The position numbers were made by a program, and so were the translations under genes. DNA of 32,000 bases from Gammaproteobacteria bacterium (GTDB lineage Bacteria > Pseudomonadota > Gammaproteobacteria > DATFLG01): positions 3,128-35,127 of the forward strand of contig DATFLG010000272.1 in assembly GCA_035267985.1 (NCBI GenBank), written 5' to 3'. Of this stretch, positions 1-7,768 are shown in pieces (position 1 is the stretch's first letter; every line of letters starts with the position of its first letter). The notes under the pieces were generated by a model. It had not been told where the DNA came from, did no database searches, and was given only the letters and a program-made list of their open reading frames with translations.

Positions 1-159
1 TACGGGGTGATGCTGGTCAACCCCCAGCGCTGCACCAACGTGAAGAAGGATCTGGCGATGAAATTCCACAACTGGATGCTCTCGCCCGAGGGCCAGAACG
101 TTGTCGCCTCCTACCGCCTCAAGGGCAAGCAGCTGTTCCATCCGGACGCGAAGAACTAG
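1..159 (+). CDS. C-terminal fragment of a periplasmic substrate-binding protein (PBP-like 2 / TupA tungstate-binding-like); 5' end lies outside the window
   Basis: Frame 1 is open from base 1 to TAG at 157-159. It translates to YGVMLVNPQRCTNVKKDLAMKFHNWMLSPEGQNVVASYRLKGKQLFHPDAKN. The VNP...LA.KF..W..SPEGQ....Y...G.QLF pattern matches my memory of C-termini of TupA-type anion-binding proteins. Confidence 0.5.
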   Translation, partial: YGVMLVNPQRCTNVKKDLAMKFHNWMLSPEGQNVVASYRLKGKQLFHPDAKN

Positions 160-220
160 GCGATCGCCAGGCAGCGGCCTCCTTTCCTTTCAAAGACACC
201 TGATCAGCCGGCGCCGGGTC

Positions 221-250
221 GGTCGCCGGGCTCCCCAGAGCCCGGCGACC
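221..250. terminator. Perfect 13-bp GC-rich stem-loop downstream of the binding-protein gene; possible terminator or REP-like element
   Basis: GGTCGCCGGGCTC (221-233), loop CCCA, GAGCCCGGCGACC (238-250) is an exact inverted repeat. No T-tract follows on either strand, so intrinsic-terminator function is uncertain. Confidence 0.35.
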
Positions 251-638
251 CCAGGCGATGGAGCAGGCGGGAGATGTTGGTCCGGCAAAGGGCCGAGCGG
301 GCGCGGGGGGGCGGCCGGCTTCGTTCACGTCAGCCTGAAACTCTGCACTGCCGTGTTTTGCTCACTGCCGGATCCCCAGGGGGCAACCCGCCGGGGAGCC
401 CTGTACGGACGGCGATGGCCTCCTCATGGAAAGTATGGATAGCGTGAAGTACTATGGACAGCCAGGCCCGATTTCACATTCGCGCCCTGGATAGGCCTCA
501 CATGAACAAAGAGTTGCGGCGGTTTGCGCCGGTGAAGGCCAAGGTGCCGGGAAAGGGGGTGGCACCCGCCCGGGCCTGGGGCGGGCGACGCCCGGGGCCG
601 GTCAGCCGAGTGGCCATTACTGAAAACAGAACGGTCGT

Positions 639-1484
639 TTGGTACCTGACGTTATGGCTCGGAGCCTCATCCAGCAGCTGAACGGAAAACTCCAGCGAAG
701 CTTTCTGCTGGGCAGCAAGTATTGCGTCCAGCGCCTGCAGGTGCAGCCATCCGCCAGGCTCACAGCCTTTGTCGCGGGGGTCCAGCGCTCCGGAACCAAC
801 ATGATGATGGACGTTCTGGAGCGCAGCTATTCCACGGAGGTCTTCCACGAACGGGACCAGCGCGCCTTCGACAACTACCTCATGCGCCCGGTGCCGGAGA
901 TCCGCCAGTTGCATGCCCAGTCCAGAGCATCGGTCTTTGTCATAAAAGCCCTCTGTGAGCTCCAGCGCCTGAGCGGGTTGATGGACGAATTTCGCCCGGC
1001 GCGGACGGTGTGGGTCGTCCGCAACTACGACGATGTGGTCAACAGCATGCTGGTATCCTTTCGCAACCACGCGAAGCAGATCCAACGCATGGCAAGGGAT
1101 CGGAGTTCCGATGGATGGCGCGGAGAGGGCATGTCCGACGCCACCCATGCCCTGGTGCGCCGGCTCACTCATGCCGAGCTCAGTGATGCATCAGCCGCGG
1201 CGCTCATGTGGTACCTGAGAAATGTCCTGTTTTTCGAGCAGGACCTGGATACCAGTGCGGACGTGATCGTTGTTCCCTACGAACGGCTGGTAACGGCGCC
1301 TGCGGTGGAATTTCGCCGGGTGTTCGCGTTCCTCGGCCTGGATTACACACCGCGGGTCAACGCCAACGTGTTCCCGAGCTCGATCCGCAGGCGCCCGCCG
1401 CCCGCCATAGACCCGGCAATAAGGGAAGTCTGCGACGCATTGACGGCACGGTTCGATGGCCTGGCCGGCCCCCGTGGCGGCTGA
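639..1484 (+). CDS. Sulfotransferase family protein
   Basis: 281-aa ORF with a PAPS-binding 5'-PSB-like loop (FVAGVQRSGTNMMMDVLERS) near the N-terminus. The antisense 224-aa ORF is a shadow. The start is uncertain: TTG at 639 or ATG at 654 (MARSLIQQ). Confidence 0.75.
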   Translation: MVPDVMARSLIQQLNGKLQRSFLLGSKYCVQRLQVQPSARLTAFVAGVQRSGTNMMMDVLERSYSTEVFHERDQRAFDNYLMRPVPEIRQLHAQSRASVFVIKALCELQRLSGLMDEFRPARTVWVVRNYDDVVNSMLVSFRNHAKQIQRMARDRSSDGWRGEGMSDATHALVRRLTHAELSDASAAALMWYLRNVLFFEQDLDTSADVIVVPYERLVTAPAVEFRRVFAFLGLDYTPRVNANVFPSSIRRRPPPAIDPAIREVCDALTARFDGLAGPRGG

Positions 1485-1570
1485 AGCCGTCACAGAAGTC
1501 AGCGCGGCCCCGTGATGGGCGGTATGGAGAATCGGATTTCGGCAGCGTGCGCCGGTTCCTGCGGTGCCGG

Positions 1571-1849
1571 CTAGTTGCGGGAGTAAGCGAGACAATAGCC
1601 GTGGGGGCTGATCGAGCCCTTCAGCAGCTTGCAGGCACCCATGGCATCGGGGGAGCTGCCGGGGATGTACTGGATGCAGGTGGAGCACTCCTCGCCGTTT
1701 TTCGGGTGATCCTGGTACTGCATGGCCGATTTGGGTGCATTGGCGGCTGCGTTGCCGACGAGCAGGGTTGACCCGATGGTGGCGCCGGCAAGCGCGGCGA
1801 CACCTTTGAGCACGGAACGGCGGGAAACCTTCTTTTCGAAATCAGACAT
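1571..1849 (-). CDS. High-potential iron-sulfur protein (HiPIP) with twin-arginine signal peptide
   Basis: I start at internal ATG 1849 (MSDFEKKVSRRSVLKGVAALAGA...), preceded by an AGGAGA Shine-Dalgarno. It has a Tat motif SRRSVLKG and four Cys in the HiPIP arrangement (ECSTCIQY...GACKLL...GYCLAY). The product is 92 aa. Confidence 0.85.
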   Translation of the reverse strand: MSDFEKKVSRRSVLKGVAALAGATIGSTLLVGNAAANAPKSAMQYQDHPKNGEECSTCIQYIPGSSPDAMGACKLLKGSISPHGYCLAYSRN

Positions 1850-2373
1850 GAGCTGTCTCCTGAAGCGCAATGTGACGGCGGCGCTGTTGGAAAAGGCACA
1901 CCGTCTGCGGTGATTGCGAGGCCCGTGGGCGCAGTGCTGTCTGCGGACGTGAGGCCGGCCTGTAGACCCGGTGCGCGGCACCAACAACCGCTAATCGGCA
2001 CCCGGTTCGGGTTGGAGGGTGGATGTGCCCCGGCGGCGCGGCGGTGGCACGCGTTGCGCGGACATTGGTGAAATCTGCGTAACGCTTAACCGGCGCTGCT
2101 TCGGGGATCTGGTTGAGTCGACTCGGTGAGGGGCGGCTCTGCATGCCACAGTCTTTTACCCGATGACGCCCAGTGTAAGCACGCAGGGATCAGCTTCCAT
2201 GACTTGTGTCAACCGGCACTGGCTTTTCAGGTCGTGCACGCTGAGGTAAGTATAAGGTGAAGGTCCGGAGGGATTATGGCCGGCCCCGGTAGCGAGCGCG
2301 CACCTGGGAAATATTCCCCCTGGCGTGGGGTAGTCGGGGCGGTGGCTTATGGATTGAAAAGAGGGGATCTGAC

Positions 2374-2393
2374 AAAGGGCGCTGACGCCCTTT
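2374..2393 (-). terminator. Small hairpin downstream of the L,D-transpeptidase gene (candidate intrinsic terminator)
   Basis: AAAGGGCG-CTGA-CGCCCTTT is an 8-bp inverted repeat lying 27 nt past the stop at 2420. On the minus strand the GC stem is followed by TTTG. Confidence 0.4.
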
Positions 2394-2419
2394 CCTGAGA
2401 CCTGCGTTAATCCGTTTCC

Positions 2420-3133
2420 TTATCGCGGGGCGTGAAGAAAGGGAGAGGACCGGAGCCATTTCGGATCCGGGTAGTACGCCAGCAGCACGGTGCCCCCGCG
2501 GATCAGCTTCACGATGGCACTTTCCACCTTGCCGCTGAGGGCGAAACAACCCCAGCTGCGTCCCATACGGCCATGCTTTTGCGCAAACTTGCGGCTGACG
2601 TACCAGGCGCTGTGCACGACGATGTCCCGGCGGTAGGCGGCCCCGTTGAATTTCGGGTTCAGGCCTTTGAGGCGCAGAGAATAGCCGTGTTTCCCGTAGT
2701 AGGTCTGGCCGGTGAGGTACACGCCGAGGCTGCTGGCGTGTGTGCCGGGCTGGTTGGAGAAACGGGTCGCGTATTCGGCCCCGCTGCCTTGGCCGTGGGC
2801 CACGTAAGTGTAGAAGAGTACCTTGGCGGTACGGACATCGGCGACGGCCAGACGCTTACGGGCGGACGGCAGAGAGTAGTCCACGATCGTCACAAGAGGC
2901 TTGGCGATCAGGTCGCGTTGCTTGACGTGGAAATAGGCGTTGATCGCGGCCGCCGCAACCTTGGTGCTGATGTTGGGCGCCTGGGAATGAATGGTTTCAG
3001 CCAGCTGCTTCAAGCGCTGACCGGCGGGCCGGTTGGCGTGGGCGGTTCCAGTGACAAGGGACAGTGCCAGGGCGGCCCATAAAGGCGACCATTGAGCGCT
3101 GCTTCTGCCGGTTGCAACCAGACGTTTCGGCAC
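2420..3133 (-). CDS. Murein L,D-transpeptidase catalytic domain family protein (YkuD_2-type), secreted
   Basis: 237 aa with an N-terminal signal peptide (WAALALSLVTGTAHA). Conserved blocks are VAHGQGSG, FSN.PGTHASSLG, YYGKHGYSLRL.GL and the catalytic-Cys motif HGRMGRSWGCFAL. It ends with YYPD..WL, as in the PF13645 family. Confidence 0.85.
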   Translation of the reverse strand: MPKRLVATGRSSAQWSPLWAALALSLVTGTAHANRPAGQRLKQLAETIHSQAPNISTKVAAAAINAYFHVKQRDLIAKPLVTIVDYSLPSARKRLAVADVRTAKVLFYTYVAHGQGSGAEYATRFSNQPGTHASSLGVYLTGQTYYGKHGYSLRLKGLNPKFNGAAYRRDIVVHSAWYVSRKFAQKHGRMGRSWGCFALSGKVESAIVKLIRGGTVLLAYYPDPKWLRSSPFLHAPR

Positions 3134-3749
3134 ACACCATCCTATAGCGCCCGCGCGCCGATGTGCCCTGTTCGCCAGGGCCGGCGCTGCTGGGCGCAGT
3201 GTTGGGTCGATTGGGAATAATCTGCAATATGTTGGTAATCAGAAACTGTGTCAAGCGTCACACGACGCAAGAAACCCGGGTTCAGTTTGGCCGAGGGAAA
3301 AACAGGGGATAACGGGACCGGTCATTTCCGCGGCGTGATTTTGCTTTGATCAGCATCCGGACCCGACGGCGACGGCAGTCGTCGCTGTCTCGCGCCCGCC
3401 AGGGGAACACAACCCGCCGGCGGCCGGCACTGCCCGGATCAGAAAACAGGTCTCGCGCCTTGGTGCGTCTTTTTCTGGGCGTGAGCTGTCGGCCTGTAGC
3501 GCAGTAATAAGGTTGTTACCCGACTGCCCCGGAACCTATTGATGCTCCGTACTGCAAATCGCTTCCGAAAAAACAAAGTCTTGAGCTTATAGCGACCGAA
3601 CCCGACAAATGCCGCACAGAAGGCCGAAATAAAGTCTTTACCTCGGCTTCCCCTTGCTCTAGGTCACTGGCTACATTTGGGTCCTTGGCTTACGGACAAG
3701 CCCTGGCCCAGGACCAAATAAGCCAGCCGTTCCCGCAAGGTGAGGCCTG

Positions 3750-3943
3750 TGCATGGTCCATGCGAGTGGCTTCACCCGTCAGCAGCGGTATGACGTCGTC
3801 CGGAGCAAACCGAAGCGGAATATCGAGCCGGTATCGACGTCCCGGTAGGGACGGCCTGCCATCCCTTACAGGTAGTGGTCCATCTTGTTTCCGCGCAGAA
3901 TCCGCTCCGCAGCGAATGCGGCCGCAACCTGTCGGGGTTGCAC
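3750..3943 (-). pseudogene. Decayed ParE/RelE-family toxin remnant downstream of the RHH antitoxin
   Basis: Just after the antitoxin stop, the minus strand reads VQPRQVAAAFAAERILRGNKMDHYL-stop-GMAGRPYRDVDTGSIFRFGLL. After a +1 shift it reads PDDVIPLLTGEATRMD. This resembles the ParE core (HPGMG.P ... GS..VFYRV ... V.I.RVLH..R). It lacks the N-terminal third, has an in-frame TAA and needs a frameshift. Confidence 0.3.
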
Positions 3944-3948
3944 TGCTG

Positions 3949-4110
3949 TTAATACCGGATAGAGGCTGGGGACAGATCCCGTTGTTCTTCGTCCAGTCGT
4001 TCCACTATGGCATCGAGAATGAGCGCATCCGACGTCGTGCCGGCACGCTCAGCTGCGCGGGCAACTCGCTGCTTGAGAGCTTCCGGCAATCGGATCGTGA
4101 TCGTGGGCAT
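3949..4110 (-). CDS. Ribbon-helix-helix (CopG/ParD-like) antitoxin, probably C-terminally truncated
   Basis: The internal ATG at 4110 gives MPTITIRLPEALKQRVARAAERAGTTSDALILDAIVERLDEEQRDLSPASIRY (53 aa). The pattern is a typical RHH strand-helix-helix. It is shorter than the usual antitoxins of about 80 aa. Confidence 0.6.
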   Translation of the reverse strand: MPTITIRLPEALKQRVARAAERAGTTSDALILDAIVERLDEEQRDLSPASIRY

Positions 4111-4331
4111 CCTTTTCCACCTTTTGTGAGCCTCGTAGCGATAGTCAGAACTCGGAAGGTTGCCCCCACAGCATGACTCAGATATAGCCCATTTCGATGT
4201 ATGGCGGCCGTCCTTTCGCTGCTCCCCCGACCGTACCCTTGTGGGACGTCCAGCCCGTCCGATCAGAGACGACCCCAGGGCGGCGGAGTTGGAGTAGGCA
4301 TACTCGAACACCTTCGATTCAGGATCGGCGA

Positions 4332-4362
4332 GTATCCGTCACTATCGACTATTGACGGATAC
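4332..4362. repeat. Perfect 10-bp inverted repeat with 11-nt spacer
   Basis: GTATCCGTCA (4332-4341) and TGACGGATAC (4353-4362) sit in the non-coding stretch between the RHH gene and the hipB operators. Function is unknown. Confidence 0.5.
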
Positions 4363-4441
4363 GACACGCTCCCGATCGCCCTTGGGGTGCACATAGGGGG
4401 TTATGGGTTCGGGGCACTCGCAGGGAACGACCAACGGCGCA

Positions 4442-4567
4442 ATGACCACTATAGTGGTCATAAAATGTTTTAGGGGCTATGTTGATGGTCATTCGTGCTT
4501 GACTGTCGCTCACAAAATGACCAGTATAATGGTCATACAAGTACTGTATGATCATTATACTGGTCAA
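4442..4567 (+). promoter_or_regulatory. hipBA promoter/operator region: three ATGACCA-N6-TGGTCAT palindromes plus one half-site
   Basis: Op1 at 4442-4461 is ATGACCACTATAGTGGTCAT, a perfect 20-bp palindrome. Op2 at 4517-4536 is ATGACCAGTATAATGGTCAT. Op3 at 4548-4567 is ATGATCATTATACTGGTCAA. A TGGTCAT half-site lies at 4486-4492. Op2 and Op3 each embed a -10-like hexamer (TATAAT at 4525-4530, TATACT at 4556-4561), just upstream of hipB. Confidence 0.6.
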
Positions 4568-4580
4568 TCTGGTGAGTGAG

Positions 4581-4913
4581 ATGGCGAAAGAAAGAATATA
4601 TTCCCGATACACCCGCGAGGCTGGATCCTTGTTGGCGAGGCAGATCCAGCTCGGGCGCAAGCAGCGCAAGTGGACCGAGCACGAGCTCGCGGACCGTGCC
4701 GGTATCTCACGGGCGACGCTCCAGAAGATCGAAAAGGGCGACCTGAGCGTTGCCGTCGGGCTGGTATTCGAGGTGGCGGCGCTGGTTGGGGTCGCCTTGT
4801 TCGATCAGGAGCGGGGCTCGCTCGCTACGCATATCGCCCGCACCGACGACAAGCTGGCCTTGTTACCGAGCGCCGTGCGCAAGCCCAGAAAGCCGGTGGA
4901 TGATGAATTCTAA
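4581..4913 (+). CDS. hipB: XRE-family helix-turn-helix antitoxin HipB
   Basis: ATG at 4581 follows GGTGAG. The HTH core is WTEHELADRAGISRATLQKIEKGD. The gene overlaps the next gene (hipA) by 14 nt. Confidence 0.85.
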   Translation: MAKERIYSRYTREAGSLLARQIQLGRKQRKWTEHELADRAGISRATLQKIEKGDLSVAVGLVFEVAALVGVALFDQERGSLATHIARTDDKLALLPSAVRKPRKPVDDEF

Positions 4914-6198
4914 AGCGCCCAACAGCGAAGCCTTCGTCTGGGTCTGGCTGCCGGGTGCCGTCGAACCAGTGGTCGCGGGCAAGCTGACCGTCGATGGCGA
5001 GCATCTGGTGTTCAACTACGGCAAGAGCTACCTTGCCCGAAAAAACCCTATCCCTCTTTACGCACCCGAGCTGCCTTTGCAGGCCGGGCTAATTCCCCTG
5101 TTGCCCGGCTTGAGCATGCCCGCCTGCATCCGTGATGGCTCGCCGGATGCCTGGGGACGGCGCGTCATTATTAACAGGAAATTCGGGGCCAAAGACGCTC
5201 CGGCCCAGCTTGACGAGCTGACCTACCTGCTGGAATCCGGCTCGGACCGGATCGGCGCTCTCGATTTCCAGCGTTCGGCTACCGAGTATGTGCCACGCGG
5301 GATGGAGACCGCTTCCCTTCAGGAGCTTGTGCAAGCCGCCGACCTTATCGAGAAGGGCATGCCGCTCACCCCGGAACTCGATCAGGCATTGCAGCACGGG
5401 ACATCGATCGGCGGTGCCCGGCCCAAGGCGCAGATCGATGATGGCGACAAGAAGTACATCGCCAAGTTTTCTTCGGCCACCGATGTCTATAGTGTCGTCA
5501 GGGCAGAATTCGTCGCCATGCGATTGGCCGCCCTGTGCGGACTGCATGTCGCAAACGTCTCGCTAACCAGCTCTCTGCATAAAGACGTGCTTTTGATTGA
5601 GCGATTCGACCGCACGCACTCGAAAGCAGGGTGGCAGCGCAAGCTCATGGTATCCGCGCTCACCATGCTGGCCCTCGATGAAATGATGGCCCGTTATGCA
5701 AGCTATGAAGAACTCGCGGAACTCATTCGTCATCGCTTCGCCGACGCTTCCGCAACCCTGCGTGAGCTTTTTTCGCGCATCGTCTTCAACATCTTGTGTG
5801 GCAATACCGACGACCACGCCCGTAATCATGCCGCCTTCTGGGACGGGCAAACCCTTCGCCTGACCCCGGCCTATGACATCTGCCCGCAAATCCGGACCGG
5901 CCACGAAGCTTCGCAAGCCATGTTGATTGCCGGTGACGATCGCATGAGCCGGCTGTCGTCCTGTCTGAACGCTGCCGGACATTTCCTTCTGTCCCGCGAG
6001 GAGGCTCTTGCCATCGTGGAGCACCAGCTCACCTGCATCATCGGACACTGGGATGCCGTGTGCAGCGAGGCCGATCTCAGCGAGACGGATCGTGCTTTCC
6101 TGTGGGGTCGCCAGTTTTTGAACCCCTATGCCTTTGAAGACCTTGATGGCGATGCAGTCGGGTTGCGGTCGATGGCTGCTACCGCACGTTCGTCGTAG
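4900..6198 (+). CDS. hipA: HipA-family serine/threonine kinase toxin (type II TA)
   Basis: I start at ATGATG 4900 (MMNSKAPNSEAFVWVWL...), inside the hipB 3' end. The N-terminal coupling domain contains SGSDRIGALDF and GTSIGGARPKA. The C-terminal kinase catalytic motif is CGNTDDHARNHAAF. The product is 432 aa. Confidence 0.9.
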   Translation: MMNSKAPNSEAFVWVWLPGAVEPVVAGKLTVDGEHLVFNYGKSYLARKNPIPLYAPELPLQAGLIPLLPGLSMPACIRDGSPDAWGRRVIINRKFGAKDAPAQLDELTYLLESGSDRIGALDFQRSATEYVPRGMETASLQELVQAADLIEKGMPLTPELDQALQHGTSIGGARPKAQIDDGDKKYIAKFSSATDVYSVVRAEFVAMRLAALCGLHVANVSLTSSLHKDVLLIERFDRTHSKAGWQRKLMVSALTMLALDEMMARYASYEELAELIRHRFADASATLRELFSRIVFNILCGNTDDHARNHAAFWDGQTLRLTPAYDICPQIRTGHEASQAMLIAGDDRMSRLSSCLNAAGHFLLSREEALAIVEHQLTCIIGHWDAVCSEADLSETDRAFLWGRQFLNPYAFEDLDGDAVGLRSMAATARSS

Positions 6199-6586
6199 TT
6201 CTTCATTTGGCCCGCCACGTCTAGAACGATGCACCACCAAAGCCACGGCACCGCCAGTATCGGAGCATCGGAGGTCGAAGAGGGAAGGGCGTATCGCAAA
6301 ACCCAGATCCCGCAATCCGGTCCCTCGGCTAGTGGACCAGGAAGGCCGCCGGGAAGCCGGCCCTGAGAGCCGATCTTCGTTGACCAGATGAGGACCCTGA
6401 CTCGCGTGGCCGCCCAAGGGGGCGGTGCCACCGAGGAGAGCTGAGTGGCGTAACACGGTAAGCCGGGTCCGCAATCTCTTTGACTCTATTGCATATTTTG
6501 TTAATAGTCCAGAACGGGGCTGAGCAACATGCGCATGTACGGCGCCGGAGGGCGCGGCTGCTAAAGCAGACACGGCCGGATCGGCG

Positions 6587-7768
6587 CTAGTCCACCTTCC
6601 AGAGCGGCACTTGCTTATCAATATTCCAGCAGTCGGGATCGGTGATCGGGTCGAGTCGGGCGGCGTAGCCTTTGGCCCAGGCGATCCAGGTTATGATAGG
6701 GACACCCTGGATGTGGGTTGCTGATAGGCTATCCCGGTGGTTCTCGACAACTTCCAGAAAATCTGTCAATCGGGCCCACCGTTCATATTGCTCAGCCAAC
6801 CTTTCGACGTGCCGCTCCCGTTGGCGCTCAAGGCGCCGCAAACGGCGCTCCTCCTCGTCAAGACGCTGCCATTCCGCCCACTTGCGCCGCTGTTGCTCAT
6901 CGTCGATACGCTTTTGCTTCTGGGCTTCCGCGGCCGCAAATACACCGGTGATAATTTTTCCGAGGATGCGCTCCACCCTCTGCACCTTTCTGTCTTGCCA
7001 CGACGTGCGGAAGCCCCAGGGTAAGTGGCCGTGCACGCGGATGGTCAACTGTCCGGTCAGCGAGTAGTCATACCTCGGCCACATGTACCGCGGGATTTCT
7101 TTGTCCCGTGGTTTCGGAACGTACCTGTGGGCTGAAATCTTCTCTTCGAGCGACAGGCCAAGTTCTTCCCCAAGAACGGCGAGTCGCAGTTTCGGGTTCT
7201 GATCGGGGTCAACCCAAACCCGGGCGCCGAGCGCCTCCAGTACCCTGATCAAGACACTCAGCGCCTCAAGGGCACGTTCAAGTGACCCGCGGGATACGTC
7301 AATACTGGCAATGCGCTTGGCACGGGGTCGTAAGATGCCCTTCTCATTGGCTTTCGCGGCGCGCAGTGACCGTTCTGCACGTGCTACGAGCGAATGCAAT
7401 TCCGATTCCGCCCTGGCTGCCTCAAGCGCTTGGTCGACCTTGTCCGGCGCCGGCCCGTTCACTGGTTGTGGCATGAGTGGTCTGGACTGAGGCTGGACTG
7501 TGACCTGTTCTGGCGCGCCGGCCGGCAGTTTTGAGAGCACTGGTCTTTCGGCCCTACACCCAGAGGGTTTTCGCAGCCAGGAGCCCTGGGGCGGGGTCGG
7601 GATGGCCAGCTTCTTGCAGATCTTCTTTAGCGCAACGTCGGAAATCTCATAATCGCGAGCGACCTGGATCATTGGCCGCTCCCACACAGCGTCGAAGAGG
7701 TCGCCACGCTTGGTCACATGCGATGTCGAGATAACTTCGCCTCCCAGTGGCTTCCACCACATCCGCAA
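6587..7768 (-). CDS. Conserved hypothetical protein: N-terminal HTH-like segment plus long charged coiled coil; function unknown
   Basis: 393-aa ORF. The N-terminus LFDAVWERPMIQVARDYEISDVALKKICKKLAIPTPPQGSW resembles a recurrent uncharacterised bacterial family, from memory only. The C-terminal half has an Arg/Glu-rich heptad-like stretch (QQRRKWAEWQRLDEEERRLRRLERQRERHVERL). The start is TTG at 7768 or ATG at 7762. Confidence 0.7.
   Translation of the reverse strand: MRMWWKPLGGEVISTSHVTKRGDLFDAVWERPMIQVARDYEISDVALKKICKKLAIPTPPQGSWLRKPSGCRAERPVLSKLPAGAPEQVTVQPQSRPLMPQPVNGPAPDKVDQALEAARAESELHSLVARAERSLRAAKANEKGILRPRAKRIASIDVSRGSLERALEALSVLIRVLEALGARVWVDPDQNPKLRLAVLGEELGLSLEEKISAHRYVPKPRDKEIPRYMWPRYDYSLTGQLTIRVHGHLPWGFRTSWQDRKVQRVERILGKIITGVFAAAEAQKQKRIDDEQQRRKWAEWQRLDEEERRLRRLERQRERHVERLAEQYERWARLTDFLEVVENHRDSLSATHIQGVPIITWIAWAKGYAARLDPITDPDCWNIDKQVPLWKVD

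Noticed and set aside
101-681. Small ORFs 101-442 (+), 119-328 (-) and 454-681 (+) in the gap before the sulfotransferase gene.
   Set aside because: Their Arg/Gly/Pro-rich translations are typical of random high-GC frames. One overlaps the real C-terminal CDS, and they span the 13-bp stem-loop.
3491-3530. A tRNA-like fragment (GGCCTGTAGCGCAGTAATAAGG) that might mark an island integration site.
   Set aside because: It resembles a D-arm only superficially. I could not fold any acceptor stem, anticodon arm or T-arm (GTTCGAATC-type) around it.
3856-3887. Short matches (CTGCCATC, CCATCTTG) to the sequence just downstream of glmS, considered as possible att-type repeats bounding the island.
   Set aside because: They are only 8-mers in inverted orientation inside the toxin remnant, which is within chance expectation.
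4499-4530. TTGACT (4499-4504) paired with TATAAT (4525-4530) as the hipB promoter.
   Set aside because: Both hexamers are good, but the spacer is 20 nt, which is too long for a canonical sigma-70 promoter. I kept only the statement that -10-like hexamers lie within the operators.
3685-4669. Track ORFs 3685-4176 (+), 4201-4473 (+), 4349-4669 (-) and the long form 3949-4311 (-).
   Set aside because: They have no motifs and odd composition. They overlap the RHH gene, the toxin remnant or the palindromic operator region. Only the 53-aa RHH core, with its own SD, looks genuine.
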